From Macrostomum lignano (Eukaryota), in contig NIVC01000493.1 of the NCBI GenBank assembly GCA_002269645.1, forward strand, positions 124,001-188,000: 64,000 nucleotides of DNA. The letters run 5' to 3'. Position numbers and translations under genes: made by a program. Shown piece by piece: positions 1 through 13,000 of the stretch (position 1 is the first letter of the stretch; every line of letters begins with the position of its first letter). The notes below the pieces were generated by a model. The model was given only the letters and a program-made list of their open reading frames with translations. It did not search any database and was not told the DNA's origin.

Positions 1-30
1 GAGCTGTCAATGCATGGGATATTCGAGCAG

Positions 31-514
31 ACTGGACTTGCTGCAGAGCATAGCAGTCCCAGCCAGGCTACGGGACTGTTGCTGACTGCATGTCTGGACT
101 TGCTGCAGAGCATAGCAGTCCCAGCCAGGCTACGGGACTGTTGCTGACTGCATGTCTGGACTTGCTGCAGAGCATAGCAGTCCCAGCCAGGCTACGGGAC
201 TGTTGCTGACTGCATGTCTGGACTTGCTGCAGAGCATAGCTGTCCCAGCCAGGCTACGGGACTGTTGCTGACTGCATGGCTGGACATGATGCAGGGCATA
301 GCTGTCCCAACCAGGCTACGGGACTGTTGCTGACTGCATGTCTGGACTTGATGCAGGGCATAGCAGTCCCAGCCAGGCTACGGGACTGTTGCTGACTGCA
401 TGTCTGGACTTGCTGCAGGGCATAGCAGTCCCAGCCAGGCTACGGGACTGTTGCTGACTGCATGTCTGGACTTGATGCAGGGCATAGCAGTCCCAGCCAG
501 GCTACGGGACTGTT
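31..514. repeat. 62-bp minisatellite, about 8 copies
   Basis: gggactgttgctgactgcatgtctggacttgctgcagagcatagcagtcccagccaggctac; period 62 (74 to 136). Confidence 0.95.
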
Positions 515-1230
515 TCAGAAACTGTCGCAGACCCCAGGCAAACACGAGACGCAGGATACGGGGCTGAATGGAGTTGTGTGTCAACATTGGATCGAATGAG
601 CGGAGAGAGAGAGTGGCTGAGCGACAGACACAGCGGATAGTAATCATCACGTATAACCAGTTCTCTTCCACTTTAAACTTGATGCCAAGGACATGATCGA
701 TACGTCCTATTATTGCAGTCTGTGCAACCGCGGGCCCTAGCAGCGCTGTACAGAACTGTGTCTGGTTTCATTGTCCGCGATCTGTACCAGTGTGTGTAGA
801 TAAAATTCTAAGCCATGACAATCGTACCGCATGATGAACCCTTTGCGGCCGCAAAGTCATAGCCGTCATTACTCCAAAAACTTTATTACAAGCCTTTCAA
901 GCAATTTTCCTATGTCTGGGTCAAACAATTCAGGCTAGGGTACGAATCCATCCAGCTTTCCACTTTTAGAAGAAAATTTTATGCAAGCCAGCTAGCTAAA
1001 ATTAGTGTTCGATTTTTCAATGATCTATTTTAGCTATGACGTCCGAAGCTATTGTGGCTGCAACACTATTGTTCTGAGAAATCGGTCTTCCGCCCTCCAA
1101 TGTTGGTCTTCCGCCCTCCATTGCTGGTCCTCCGCCCCCTAGAATCTGGTCTTCCACCAACCCCCTCTCGAGCGATATTTCTTACGCCCAAAATAATTTT
1201 GTGATTTCTCTTTGACCACCGGAATTTCAG

Positions 1231-1313
1231 GCTGCGCCTTTCTCACCTACAGCCAGCCGGAGAGCGCCCAGCAGTGCCAGAGCCTGTTGCACGGTAGCCG
1301 CATCCTCCCAGGG
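1231..1313 (+). CDS. CELF: CELF3-6/bruno-3-like protein, exon A (C-terminal half of RRM1); gene is 5'-partial in this window
   Basis: tttcag acceptor and gtgagt donor. Translates GCAFLTYSQPESAQQCQSLLHGSRILPG, matching the CELF RRM1 RNP1 region (KGCAFLTY...LHxxxxLPG). Not in the ORF track; read by hand. Confidence 0.9.
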
Positions 1314-1511
1314 GTGAGTGAGTCCTCCCAGCCGGCTTCAACCACAAGCCCAGAGCTCCAGAGCTTGACGCACTACTGACTCCATGCTATTGACAATTTC
1401 AGTAGTAGATGATGGTTACTGGATTTTTGGGTGGTTCAGCAATTTTTTTCAGAACAGTATTTTTACTGATTCTTAATTATCCTTGACTCTCTCGGTTCTG
1501 CAGAAATTTCC

Positions 1512-1586
1512 GTCTGTCTGTCTGTCTTAGTGTCTGTCTGTCTGTCTGTCTGTCTTAGTGTCTTAGTGTCTGTCTGTCTGTCTTAG

Positions 1587-1651
<65 letters not shown>

Positions 1652-1674
1652 TAGTGTCTGTCTGTCTGTCTTAG

Positions 1675-1743
<69 letters not shown>

Positions 1744-1744
1744 T

Positions 1745-1791
<47 letters not shown>

Positions 1792-1792
1792 C
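1512..1792. repeat. (TCTG)n microsatellite with tcttagtg interruptions
   Basis: Direct reading. Confidence 0.97.
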
Positions 1793-2967
1793 GGTGCCTG
1801 TCTGTTTTACGTATTCTATGATTCGTTCAGCTCCGCCCCTCTTCCTGTTGAGTCCGGAGCAGCGCAGGGGAATAATTAGTTCTCTATCCGCACACAGTTG
1901 GTTGTTAATTTTTCCGAGTGCCACCGGATCAGCACGCGCCTCAGCTTCTCCGCCCCATCAAAGCCCCAATGCTGAGTGAAACATGATGAAGCCACTGCGC
2001 AGCTGAAATTCATTTTCTCTAAACATCTGCACTCTCGTCTCTCCCTCTCTCGCAAACGATGACGCAGCTTGCTTCCCCTTCTTCAAGTCAAATCCCGCCT
2101 CGATCCCCTCTCCCTCTCTGCTTCACTCTTCACCCCTTCGCCTCGCTCTCCCACTCAGATTTCCATTTTTCCTGCGAGCTCTTTCGCTACAGCCGCGCCA
2201 CGGGAGGGGGGATTTTAGGAGCGCCTCACCCGTGTTGCGCCTTGCCGAGGGAGAAAAGGGGAGGTTAGGGGATGAGATGGAGCGGGGAGCAGCTGGAAAC
2301 TGTGAGGACAGCGAGTTCTCAGACAGGGAGATCCTGGAGAGGCAACAGAGCTGCTTTCATAGATATTAATATTTTGTTCATAGCTCGGAGGAACTGCAAA
2401 ATAATTTGTAGATTATTTTTTGTTATAGCTTAAAGAGGAAGTGTTTAAGTAAGGGTTTTTTAAAATATTGCAGCCCAGGTTCTTGGTGTGACCAAATTCG
2501 CAAAACTCGATTCGACTTAACAATATGTGTCAATCTGCTGCATGTCTGAGTCAGAAAATCAGGTCTTTGTGTACAGCTGGCTTCAGGAAGGTTTCAGCCG
2601 CGGTAAGGAGAGGAAAGAGGGCAACAACCTGCAGATGGGGTGAGAGAACCAGAGAGGAAGGTGGCTCAGAAATCAGTCAGTCATGCATCCACTCAGCTCT
2701 CCCCTTCTCTTTCCTTTATTACATTTCGCTAAAACGCCTTGGCCAGTCGCTGGGCAACCAGCTCGAGTGGCTTGAGCTGGGGAGAGGCCGAGTTCGAGAG
2801 GCAGGAAGAGGGCAGAGAAAAAATATTAGGCTATGAAAATATGGGGGAGATTGGTAACGCAGCTTGGGATCAGATGGATGATGGTTGCGGTGAGTTCATT
2901 TATCAAGAGGAATTGCAATAACATTATAATATTGCAATGGATGGAGGTGAGTCAAAAGCAAAGCAGA

Positions 2968-3520
2968 GATGAGAGTAGCTGATGTAGCTGAGATGGGAGA
3001 CTGGAAGAGCTGATGGAGCTGAGATGGGAGACTGGAAGAGCTGATGGAGCAGAGATGGGAGACTGGAAAAGCTGATGGAGCAGAGATGGGAGGCTGGAAA
3101 AGCTGATGGAGCAGAGATGGGAGACTGGAAAAGCTGATGGAGCAGAGATGGGAGGCTGGAAGAGCTGATGGAGCAGAGATGGGAGACTGGAAAAGCTGAT
3201 GGAGCAGAGATGGGAGACTGGAAAAGCTGATGGAGCAGAGATGGGAGGCTGGAAGAGCTGATGGAGCAGAGATGGGAGACTGGGTGAGAGTAGCTGATAA
3301 AGCAGAGATGGGAGACTGGAAGAGCTGATGGAGCAGAGATGGGAGGCTGGAAGAGTTGATGGAGCAGAGATGGGAGACTGGAAGAGCTGATGGAGCAGAG
3401 ATGGGAGACTGGAAAAGCTGATGGAGCAGAGATGGGAGACTGGGTGAGAGTAGCTGATAAAGCAGAGATGGGAAACTGAAAGAGCTGATAGAGCAAGAGA
3501 TGAGAGGCTGAGGAAACTGA
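2968..3520. repeat. 31-bp minisatellite
   Basis: gagctgatggagcagagatgggagactggaa; period 31. Confidence 0.95.
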
Positions 3521-4179
3521 TGGAGAATAGAGCAGCCGAAGATGCAACGCAGATTCATCCTGTGGATTTTGCTGACGAATCCGACGAGGGCGCAGGTGCG
3601 ATGGCGGGGGTGGCGATACGTGACGGGCGCTGATAGAGAGGCTCTTGCAATATTTCTGCAAGGGCAAGGGGAATCTATCCCCTCTGCTCACCCACCTCCT
3701 CATCACGGCTTTCCCCTTCATCTCTTCCTTCCCCGATTTCTCCCTCACTCTCTACCTCATCAGCGCTGGCCCAGGATCCCTCGGCTTCTGTCGTCACTCC
3801 CCATCCCCATCCTGACTTCTCCTTCCCCTCCGCCCCCTCAGGGCAGGGCTCGAGTCGCTCGTATCGCCTGCCGCGCATCCCGGGAACAAAATTAATCCTC
3901 CTCCACCCTCAACCAGTGAAAACCACCGCCCCCTCGCTCGGCTGCAATCTCAAAAATAATTCGAGACTCGGCCTCCAACAACCCGACGGCAGCTCCTCAG
4001 CTCCCCTCTCCATTCTCGCTGATTCGGAAGAGGCCAGAGACAAAAATATATCAGTTTCACTTAGACCGCAGCAGAGGCCCAGCGCAGATTCCGGAGATGC
4101 TGCTCGGCGTGAGTTGCTACGGCGGCTGCCCATAATCTTACGCTGTACTACTTGGCAGTAACGCAAAATGTCAAATTCT

Positions 4180-5057
4180 GAAGCTTCTCATTCTCCAAGC
4201 TTCACATTTCTCCAAGCTTCTCATTCCCCGTGATTCACATTCCCATTATTCACATTCCCCATGATTCACATTCCCCATGATTCACATTCCCCATGATTCA
4301 CATTCCAATGATTCACATTCCCCATGATTCACATTCCCATGATTCACATTCCCCAAGCTTCACATTCCCCATGATTCACATTCCCCATGATTCACATTCC
4401 CCAAGCTTCACATTTCTCCAAGCTTCTCATTCCCAATGATTCACATTCCCATTATTCACATTCCCCATGATTCACTTTCCCCATGATTCACATTCCCCAA
4501 GCTTCACATTCCCCATGATTCACATTCCCATGATTCACATTCCCCATGATTCACATTCCCCATGATTCACATTCCCATTATTCACATTCCCCATGATTCA
4601 TATTCCCCATGATTCATATTCCCATTATTCACATTCCCCATGATTCACATTCCCCATGATTCACATTCCCATTATTCACATTCCCATGATTCACTTTCCC
4701 ATTATTCACATTCCCCATGATTCACATCCCCATGATTCACATTCCCCATGATTCACATCCCCATGATTCACATTCCCATTATTCACATTCCCCATGATTC
4801 ACATTCCCCATGATTCACATTCCCCATGATTCACATTCCCATGATTCACATTCCCCATGATTCACATTCCCCATGATTCACATTCCCCATGATTCACATT
4901 CCCCATGATTCACATTCCCATGATTCACATTCCCCATGATTCACATTCCCATGATTCACATTCCCCATGATTCACATTCCCCATGATTCACATTCCCCAT
5001 GATTCACATTCCCCATGATTCACATTCCCATGATTCACATTCCCCATGATTCACATT
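4180..5057. repeat. 15/16-bp minisatellite
   Basis: attcacattccccatg, with aagcttcacattcccc variants at the left end. Confidence 0.95.
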
Positions 5058-5094
5058 GCAGCTCCTACCCCACCCGACTCAACCCGACTTTCAG

Positions 5095-5143
5095 ATGACC
5101 CGCCCGATGCAGGTGAAGCCGGCCGACTGCGATGGCAGATCAG
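5095..5143 (+). CDS. CELF: CELF exon B (end of RRM1 / inter-RRM linker)
   Basis: tttcag|ATG...TCAG|gtgag. MTRPMQVKPADCDGRS matches CELF MNRPIQVKPADSESR. Phase 0 in, phase 1 out, compatible with both neighbours. Confidence 0.9.
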
Positions 5144-5214
5144 GTGAGAGCGTAGCGGGCCCTGGACCCCGTGAGTCTGCCTGCAACTCTGAGGGACCCT
5201 TTTTGAAAGACCAT

Positions 5215-6540
5215 GAGAAACTCTATGAGATTCCCCGACATCATTCCATGAGATTCCCTAACGAACCCCATGAGATTCCCCAACGAACCCCATGAGATTC
5301 CCCCAAATCATTCCATGAGATTCCCCAACACAACACCATGAGATTCCCCCAAATCATTCCATGAAATTCCCCCAAATCATTCCATGAGATTCCCCAACAC
5401 AACCCCATGAGATTCCCCAACACAACCCCATGAGATTCCCCAACACAACCCCATGAGATTCCCTAACACAACCCCATGAGATTCCCCAACACAACCCAAT
5501 GAGATTCCCCAACACAACCCAATGAGATTCCCCAACACAACCCAATGAGATTCCCCAACACAACCCAATGAGATTCCCCCAAATCATTCCATGAGATTTC
5601 CCCACATCATTCTATGAGATTCCCTCGCACAACCCTATGAGATTCCCCAACACAACCCCATGAGATTCCCTCACACAACCCCATGAGATTTCCCAACACA
5701 ACCCCATGAGATTCCCCAACACAACCCCATGAGATTTCCCAACACAACCCCATGAGATTCCCCAACACAACCCCATGAGATTCCCTCACACAACCCCATG
5801 AGATTCTCCAACACAACCCCATGAGATTCCCCAACACAACCCCATGAGATTCCCCAACACAACTCCATGAGATTCCCTAACACAACCCCATGAGATTCCC
5901 CAACACAACCCAATGAGATTCCCCAACACAACCCAATGAGATTCCCCAACACAACCCAATGAGATTCCCCAACACCACCCAATGAGATTCCCCCAAATCA
6001 TTCCATGAGATTTCCCCACATCATTCTATGAGATTCCCTCGCACAACCCTATGAGATTCCCCAACACAACCCCATGAGATTCCCTCACACAACCCCATGA
6101 GATTTCCCAACACAACCCCATGAGATTCCCCAACACAACCCCATAAGATTTCCCAACACAACCCCATGAGATTACCCAACACAACCCCATGAGATTTCCC
6201 AACACAACCCCATGAGATTCCCCAACACAACCCCATGAGATTCCCTCACACAACCCCATGAGATTTTCCAACACAACTCCATGAGATTCCCCAACACAAC
6301 CCCATGAGATTCCCCAACACAACCCCATGAGATTCCCTCACACAACTCCATGAGATTCCCTCACACAACCCCATGAGATTCCCCAACATAGGAGTTTTCC
6401 AACAGCATTTTATGGAATTCCCCCAAATAACCACCACGAGATTTCCCAAAAATCATTCTATGAGATTTTCTAACGACATTTAATGAGATCCCCTCGAAGC
6501 TGTATGAGATTCTCCAACGTCATTCCATGAGATTCCATGA
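5215..6540. repeat. 23-bp minisatellite with higher-order duplication
   Basis: ccatgagattccccaacacaacc; a variant block at 5581 recurs at 5995. Confidence 0.95.
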
Positions 6541-7014
6541 AATTCGGAGGTGTCAAGCAGACATCTAGGAGCATGACAAGAACAGCAGTACATGAAAGCA
6601 GAAACGTCACTTGTTGAGAAGCAGGAGGATAGAGTCGCTGGTGACTGCGAGCTGTGGCGGGTCAAAGGCAAGAATGAAAAAAATGAGGCCCTGAGCTGAC
6701 TGTGTGTGAAACTGCGAGTGTGCGGTAGGGAAGCGAGCCGAGCTAAAAGGCCTCATGCAGAGTGGAGCCAGTGGAAGCAATAATTCGGCCAGTGATTAAT
6801 CGACAATTCGACAGCAAAGAGGAGCTGAGAACTCAGCCCCGACCGCGGCCATTCATCACTGCTGCTATATAGTCAGCGAGAATGAGAGTTCGGTGACCTT
6901 TACTGAAATTGCTTGGCCCATTGGTAAGCAGTGTGACCGTAGAAATGCTCCTGCAACTTGAGTAATGATTCATTTAACGAAGAGTTGAGTCGAAGGTCGA
7001 ATATCGTAGCTCGT

Positions 7015-10000
7015 AATGTGCAAGGGTCACAATCATCGGTAGGAGCACTCTCTGCAATGTGCAAGGGTCACAATCATCGGTAGGAGCACTCTCTGCAATG
7101 TGCAAGGGTCACAATCATCGGTAGGAGCACTCTCTGCAATGTGCAAGGGTCACAATCATCGGTAGGAGCACTCTCTGCAATGTGCAAGGTCACAATCATC
7201 GGTAGGAGCACTCTCTGCAATGTGCAAGGGTCACAATCATCGGTAGGAGCACTCTCTGCAATGTGCAAGGTCACACTCATCGGTAGGAGCACTCTCTGCA
7301 ATGTGCAAGGGTCACACTCATCGGTAAGGGCACTCTCTGCAATGTGCAAGGGTCACAATCATCGGTAGGAGCACTCTCTGCAATGTGCAAGGGTCACAAT
7401 CATCGGTAGGAGCACTCTCTGCAATGTGCAAGGGTCACAATCATCGGTAGGAGCACTCTCTGCAATGTGCAAGGTCACAATCATCGGTAGGAGCACTCTC
7501 TGCAATGTGCAAGGGTCACAATCATCGGTAGGAGCACTCTCTGCAATGTGCAAGGGTCACAATCATCGGTAGGAGCACTCTCTGCAATGTGCAAGGGTCA
7601 CAATCATCGGTAGGAGCACTCTCTGCAATGTGCAAGGGTCACAATCATCGGTAGGAGCACTCTCTGCAATGTGCAAGGGTCACAATCATCGGTAGGAGCA
7701 CTCTCTGCAATGTGCAAGGGTCACAATCATCGGTAGGAGCACTCTCTGCAATGTGCAAGGGTCACAATCATCGGTAGGAGCACTCTCTGCAATGTGCAAG
7801 GGTCACAATCATCGGTAGGAGCACTCTCTGCAATGTGCAAGGGTCACAATCATCGGTAGGAGCACTCTCTGCAATGTGCAAGGGTCACAATCATCGGTAG
7901 GAGCACTCTCTGCAATGTGCAAGGGTCACAATCATCGGTAGGAGCACTCTCTGCAATGTGCAAGGGTCACAATCATCGGTAGGAGCACTCTCTGCAATGT
8001 GCAAGGGTCACAATCATCGGTAGGAGCACTCTCTGCAATGTGCAAGGGTCACAATCATCGGTAGGAGCACTCTCTGCAATGTGCAAGGGTCACAATCATC
8101 GGTAGGAGCACTCTCTGCAATGTGCAAGGGTCACAATCATCGGTAGGAGCACTCTCTGCAATGTGCAAGGGTCACAATCATCGGTAGGAGCACTCTCTGC
8201 AATGTGCAAGGGTCACAATCATCGGTAGGAGCACTCTCTGCAATGTGCAAGGGTCACAATCATCGGTAGGAGCACTCTCTGCAATGTGCAAGGGTCACAA
8301 TCATCGGTAGGAGCACTCTCTGCAATGTGCAAGGGTCACAATCATCGGTAGGAGCACTCTCTGCAATGTGCAAGGGTCACAATCATCGGTAGGAGCACTC
8401 TCTGCAATGTGCAAGGGTCACAATCATCGGTAGGAGCACTCTCTGCAATGTGCAAGGGTCACAATCATCGGTAGGAGCACTCTCTGCAATGTGCAAGGGT
8501 CACAATCATCGGTAGGAGCACTCTCTGCAATGTGCAAGGGTCACAATCATCGGTAGGAGCACTCTCTGCAATGTGCAAGGGTCACAATCATCGGTAGGAG
8601 CACTCTCTGCAATGTGCAAGGGTCACAATCATCGGTAGGAGCACTCTCTGCAATGTGCAAGGGTCACAATCATCGGTAGGAGCACTCTCTGCAATGTGCA
8701 AGGGTCACAATCATCGGTAGGAGCACTCTCTGCAATGTGCAAGGGTCACAATCATCGGTAGGAGCACTCTCTGCAATGTGCAAGGGTCACAATCATCGGT
8801 AGGAGCACTCTCTGCAATGTGCAAGGGTCACAATCATCGGTAGGAGCACTCTCTGCAATGTGCAAGGGTCACAATCATCGGTAGGAGCACTCTCTGCAAT
8901 GTGCAAGGGTCACAATCATCGGTAGGAGCACTCTCTGCAATGTGCAAGGGTCACAATCATCGGTAGGAGCACTCTCTGCAATGTGCAAGGGTCACAATCA
9001 TCGGTAGGAGCACTCTCTGCAATGTGCAAGGGTCACAATCATCGGTAGGAGCACTCTCTGCAATGTGCAAGGGTCACAATCATCGGTAGGAGCACTCTCT
9101 GCAATGTGCAAGGGTCACAATCATCGGTAGGAGCACTCTCTGCAATGTGCAAGGGTCACAATCATCGGTAGGAGCACTCTCTGCAATGTGCAAGGGTCAC
9201 AATCATCGGTAGGAGCACTCTCTGCAATGTGCAAGGGTCACAATCATCGGTAGGAGCACTCTCTGCAATGTGCAAGGGTCACAATCATCGGTAGGAGCAC
9301 TCTCTGCAATGTGCAAGGGTCACAATCATCGGTAGGAGCACTCTCTGCAATGTGCAAGGGTCACAATCATCGGTAGGAGCACTCTCTGCAATGTGCAAGG
9401 GTCACAATCATCGGTAGGAGCACTCTCTGCAATGTGCAAGGGTCACAATCATCGGTAGGAGCACTCTCTGCAATGTGCAAGGGTCACAATCATCGGTAGG
9501 AGCACTCTCTGCAATGTGCAAGGGTCACAATCATCGGTAGGAGCACTCTCTGCAATGTGCAAGGGTCACAATCATCGGTAGGAGCACTCTCTGCAATGTG
9601 CAAGGGTCACAATCATCGGTAGGAGCACTCTCTGCAATGTGCAAGGGTCACAATCATCGGTAGGAGCACTCTCTGCAATGTGCAAGGGTCACAATCATCG
9701 GTAGGAGCACTCTCTGCAATGTGCAAGGGTCACAATCATCGGTAGGAGCACTCTCTGCAATGTGCAAGGGTCACAATCATCGGTAGGAGCACTCTCTGCA
9801 ATGTGCAAGGGTCACAATCATCGGTAGGAGCACTCTCTGCAATGTGCAAGGGTCACAATCATCGGTAGGAGCACTCTCTGCAATGTGCAAGGGTCACAAT
9901 CATCGGTAGGAGCACTCTCTGCAATGTGCAAGGGTCACAATCATCGGTAGGAGCACTCTCTGCAATGTGCAAGGGTCACAATCATCGGTAGGAGCACTCT

Positions 10001-13000
10001 CTGCAATGTGCAAGGGTCACAATCATCGGTAGGAGCACTCTCTGCAATGTGCAAGGGTCACAATCATCGGTAGGAGCACTCTCTGCAATGTGCAAGGGTC
10101 ACAATCATCGGTAGGAGCACTCTCTGCAATGTGCAAGGGTCACAATCATCGGTAGGAGCACTCTCTGCAATGTGCAAGGGTCACAATCATCGGTAGGAGC
10201 ACTCTCTGCAATGTGCAAGGGTCACAATCATCGGTAGGAGCACTCTCTGCAATGTGCAAGGGTCACAATCATCGGTAGGAGCACTCTCTGCAATGTGCAA
10301 GGGTCACAATCATCGGTAGGAGCACTCTCTGCAATGTGCAAGGGTCACAATCATCGGTAGGAGCACTCTCTGCAATGTGCAAGGGTCACAATCATCGGTA
10401 GGAGCACTCTCTGCAATGTGCAAGGGTCACAATCATCGGTAGGAGCACTCTCTGCAATGTGCAAGGGTCACAATCATCGGTAGGAGCACTCTCTGCAATG
10501 TGCAAGGGTCACAATCATCGGTAGGAGCACTCTCTGCAATGTGCAAGGGTCACAATCATCGGTAGGAGCACTCTCTGCAATGTGCAAGGGTCACAATCAT
10601 CGGTAGGAGCACTCTCTGCAATGTGCAAGGGTCACAATCATCGGTAGGAGCACTCTCTGCAATGTGCAAGGGTCACAATCATCGGTAGGAGCACTCTCTG
10701 CAATGTGCAAGGGTCACAATCATCGGTAGGAGCACTCTCTGCAATGTGCAAGGGTCACAATCATCGGTAGGAGCACTCTCTGCAATGTGCAAGGGTCACA
10801 ATCATCGGTAGGAGCACTCTCTGCAATGTGCAAGGGTCACAATCATCGGTAGGAGCACTCTCTGCAATGTGCAAGGGTCACAATCATCGGTAGGAGCACT
10901 CTCTGCAATGTGCAAGGGTCACAATCATCGGTAGGAGCACTCTCTGCAATGTGCAAGGGTCACAATCATCGGTAGGAGCACTCTCTGCAATGTGCAAGGG
11001 TCACAATCATCGGTAGGAGCACTCTCTGCAATGTGCAAGGGTCACAATCATCGGTAGGAGCACTCTCTGCAATGTGCAAGGGTCACAATCATCGGTAGGA
11101 GCACTCTCTGCAATGTGCAAGGGTCACAATCATCGGTAGGAGCACTCTCTGCAATGTGCAAGGGTCACAATCATCGGTAGGAGCACTCTCTGCAATGTGC
11201 AAGGGTCACAATCATCGGTAGGAGCACTCTCTGCAATGTGCAAGGGTCACAATCATCGGTAGGAGCACTCTCTGCAATGTGCAAGGGTCACAATCATCGG
11301 TAGGAGCACTCTCTGCAATGTGCAAGGGTCACAATCATCGGTAGGAGCACTCTCTGCAATGTGCAAGGGTCACAATCATCGGTAGGAGCACTCTCTGCAA
11401 TGTGCAAGGGTCACAATCATCGGTAGGAGCACTCTCTGCAATGTGCAAGGGTCACAATCATCGGTAGGAGCACTCTCTGCAATGTGCAAGGGTCACAATC
11501 ATCGGTAGGAGCACTCTCTGCAATGTGCAAGGGTCACAATCATCGGTAGGAGCACTCTCTGCAATGTGCAAGGGTCACAATCATCGGTAGGAGCACTCTC
11601 TGCAATGTGCAAGGGTCACAATCATCGGTAGGAGCACTCTCTGCAATGTGCAAGGGTCACAATCATCGGTAGGAGCACTCTCTGCAATGTGCAAGGGTCA
11701 CAATCATCGGTAGGAGCACTCTCTGCAATGTGCAAGGGTCACAATCATCGGTAGGAGCACTCTCTGCAATGTGCAAGGGTCACAATCATCGGTAGGAGCA
11801 CTCTCTGCAATGTGCAAGGGTCACAATCATCGGTAGGAGCACTCTCTGCAATGTGCAAGGGTCACAATCATCGGTAGGAGCACTCTCTGCAATGTGCAAG
11901 GGTCACAATCATCGGTAGGAGCACTCTCTGCAATGTGCAAGGGTCACAATCATCGGTAGGAGCACTCTCTGCAATGTGCAAGGGTCACAATCATCGGTAG
12001 GAGCACTCTCTGCAATGTGCAAGGGTCACAATCATCGGTAGGAGCACTCTCTGCAATGTGCAAGGGTCACAATCATCGGTAGGAGCACTCTCTGCAATGT
12101 GCAAGGGTCACAATCATCGGTAGGAGCACTCTCTGCAATGTGCAAGGGTCACAATCATCGGTAGGAGCACTCTCTGCAATGTGCAAGGGTCACAATCATC
12201 GGTAGGAGCACTCTCTGCAATGTGCAAGGGTCACAATCATCGGTAGGAGCACTCTCTGCAATGTGCAAGGGTCACAATCATCGGTAGGAGCACTCTCTGC
12301 AATGTGCAAGGGTCACAATCATCGGTAGGAGCACTCTCTGCAATGTGCAAGGGTCACAATCATCGGTAGGAGCACTCTCTGCAATGTGCAAGGGTCACAA
12401 TCATCGGTAGGAGCACTCTCTGCAATGTGCAAGGGTCACAATCATCGGTAGGAGCACTCTCTGCAATGTGCAAGGGTCACAATCATCGGTAGGAGCACTC
12501 TCTGCAATGTGCAAGGGTCACAATCATCGGTAGGAGCACTCTCTGCAATGTGCAAGGGTCACAATCATCGGTAGGAGCACTCTCTGCAATGTGCAAGGGT
12601 CACAATCATCGGTAGGAGCACTCTCTGCAATGTGCAAGGGTCACAATCATCGGTAGGAGCACTCTCTGCAATGTGCAAGGGTCACAATCATCGGTAGGAG
12701 CACTCTCTGCAATGTGCAAGGGTCACAATCATCGGTAGGAGCACTCTCTGCAATGTGCAAGGGTCACAATCATCGGTAGGAGCACTCTCTGCAATGTGCA
12801 AGGGTCACAATCATCGGTAGGAGCACTCTCTGCAATGTGCAAGGGTCACAATCATCGGTAGGAGCACTCTCTGCAATGTGCAAGGGTCACAATCATCGGT
12901 AGGAGCACTCTCTGCAATGTGCAAGGGTCACAATCATCGGTAGGAGCACTCTCTGCAATGTGCAAGGGTCACAATCATCGGTAGGAGCACTCTCTGCAAT

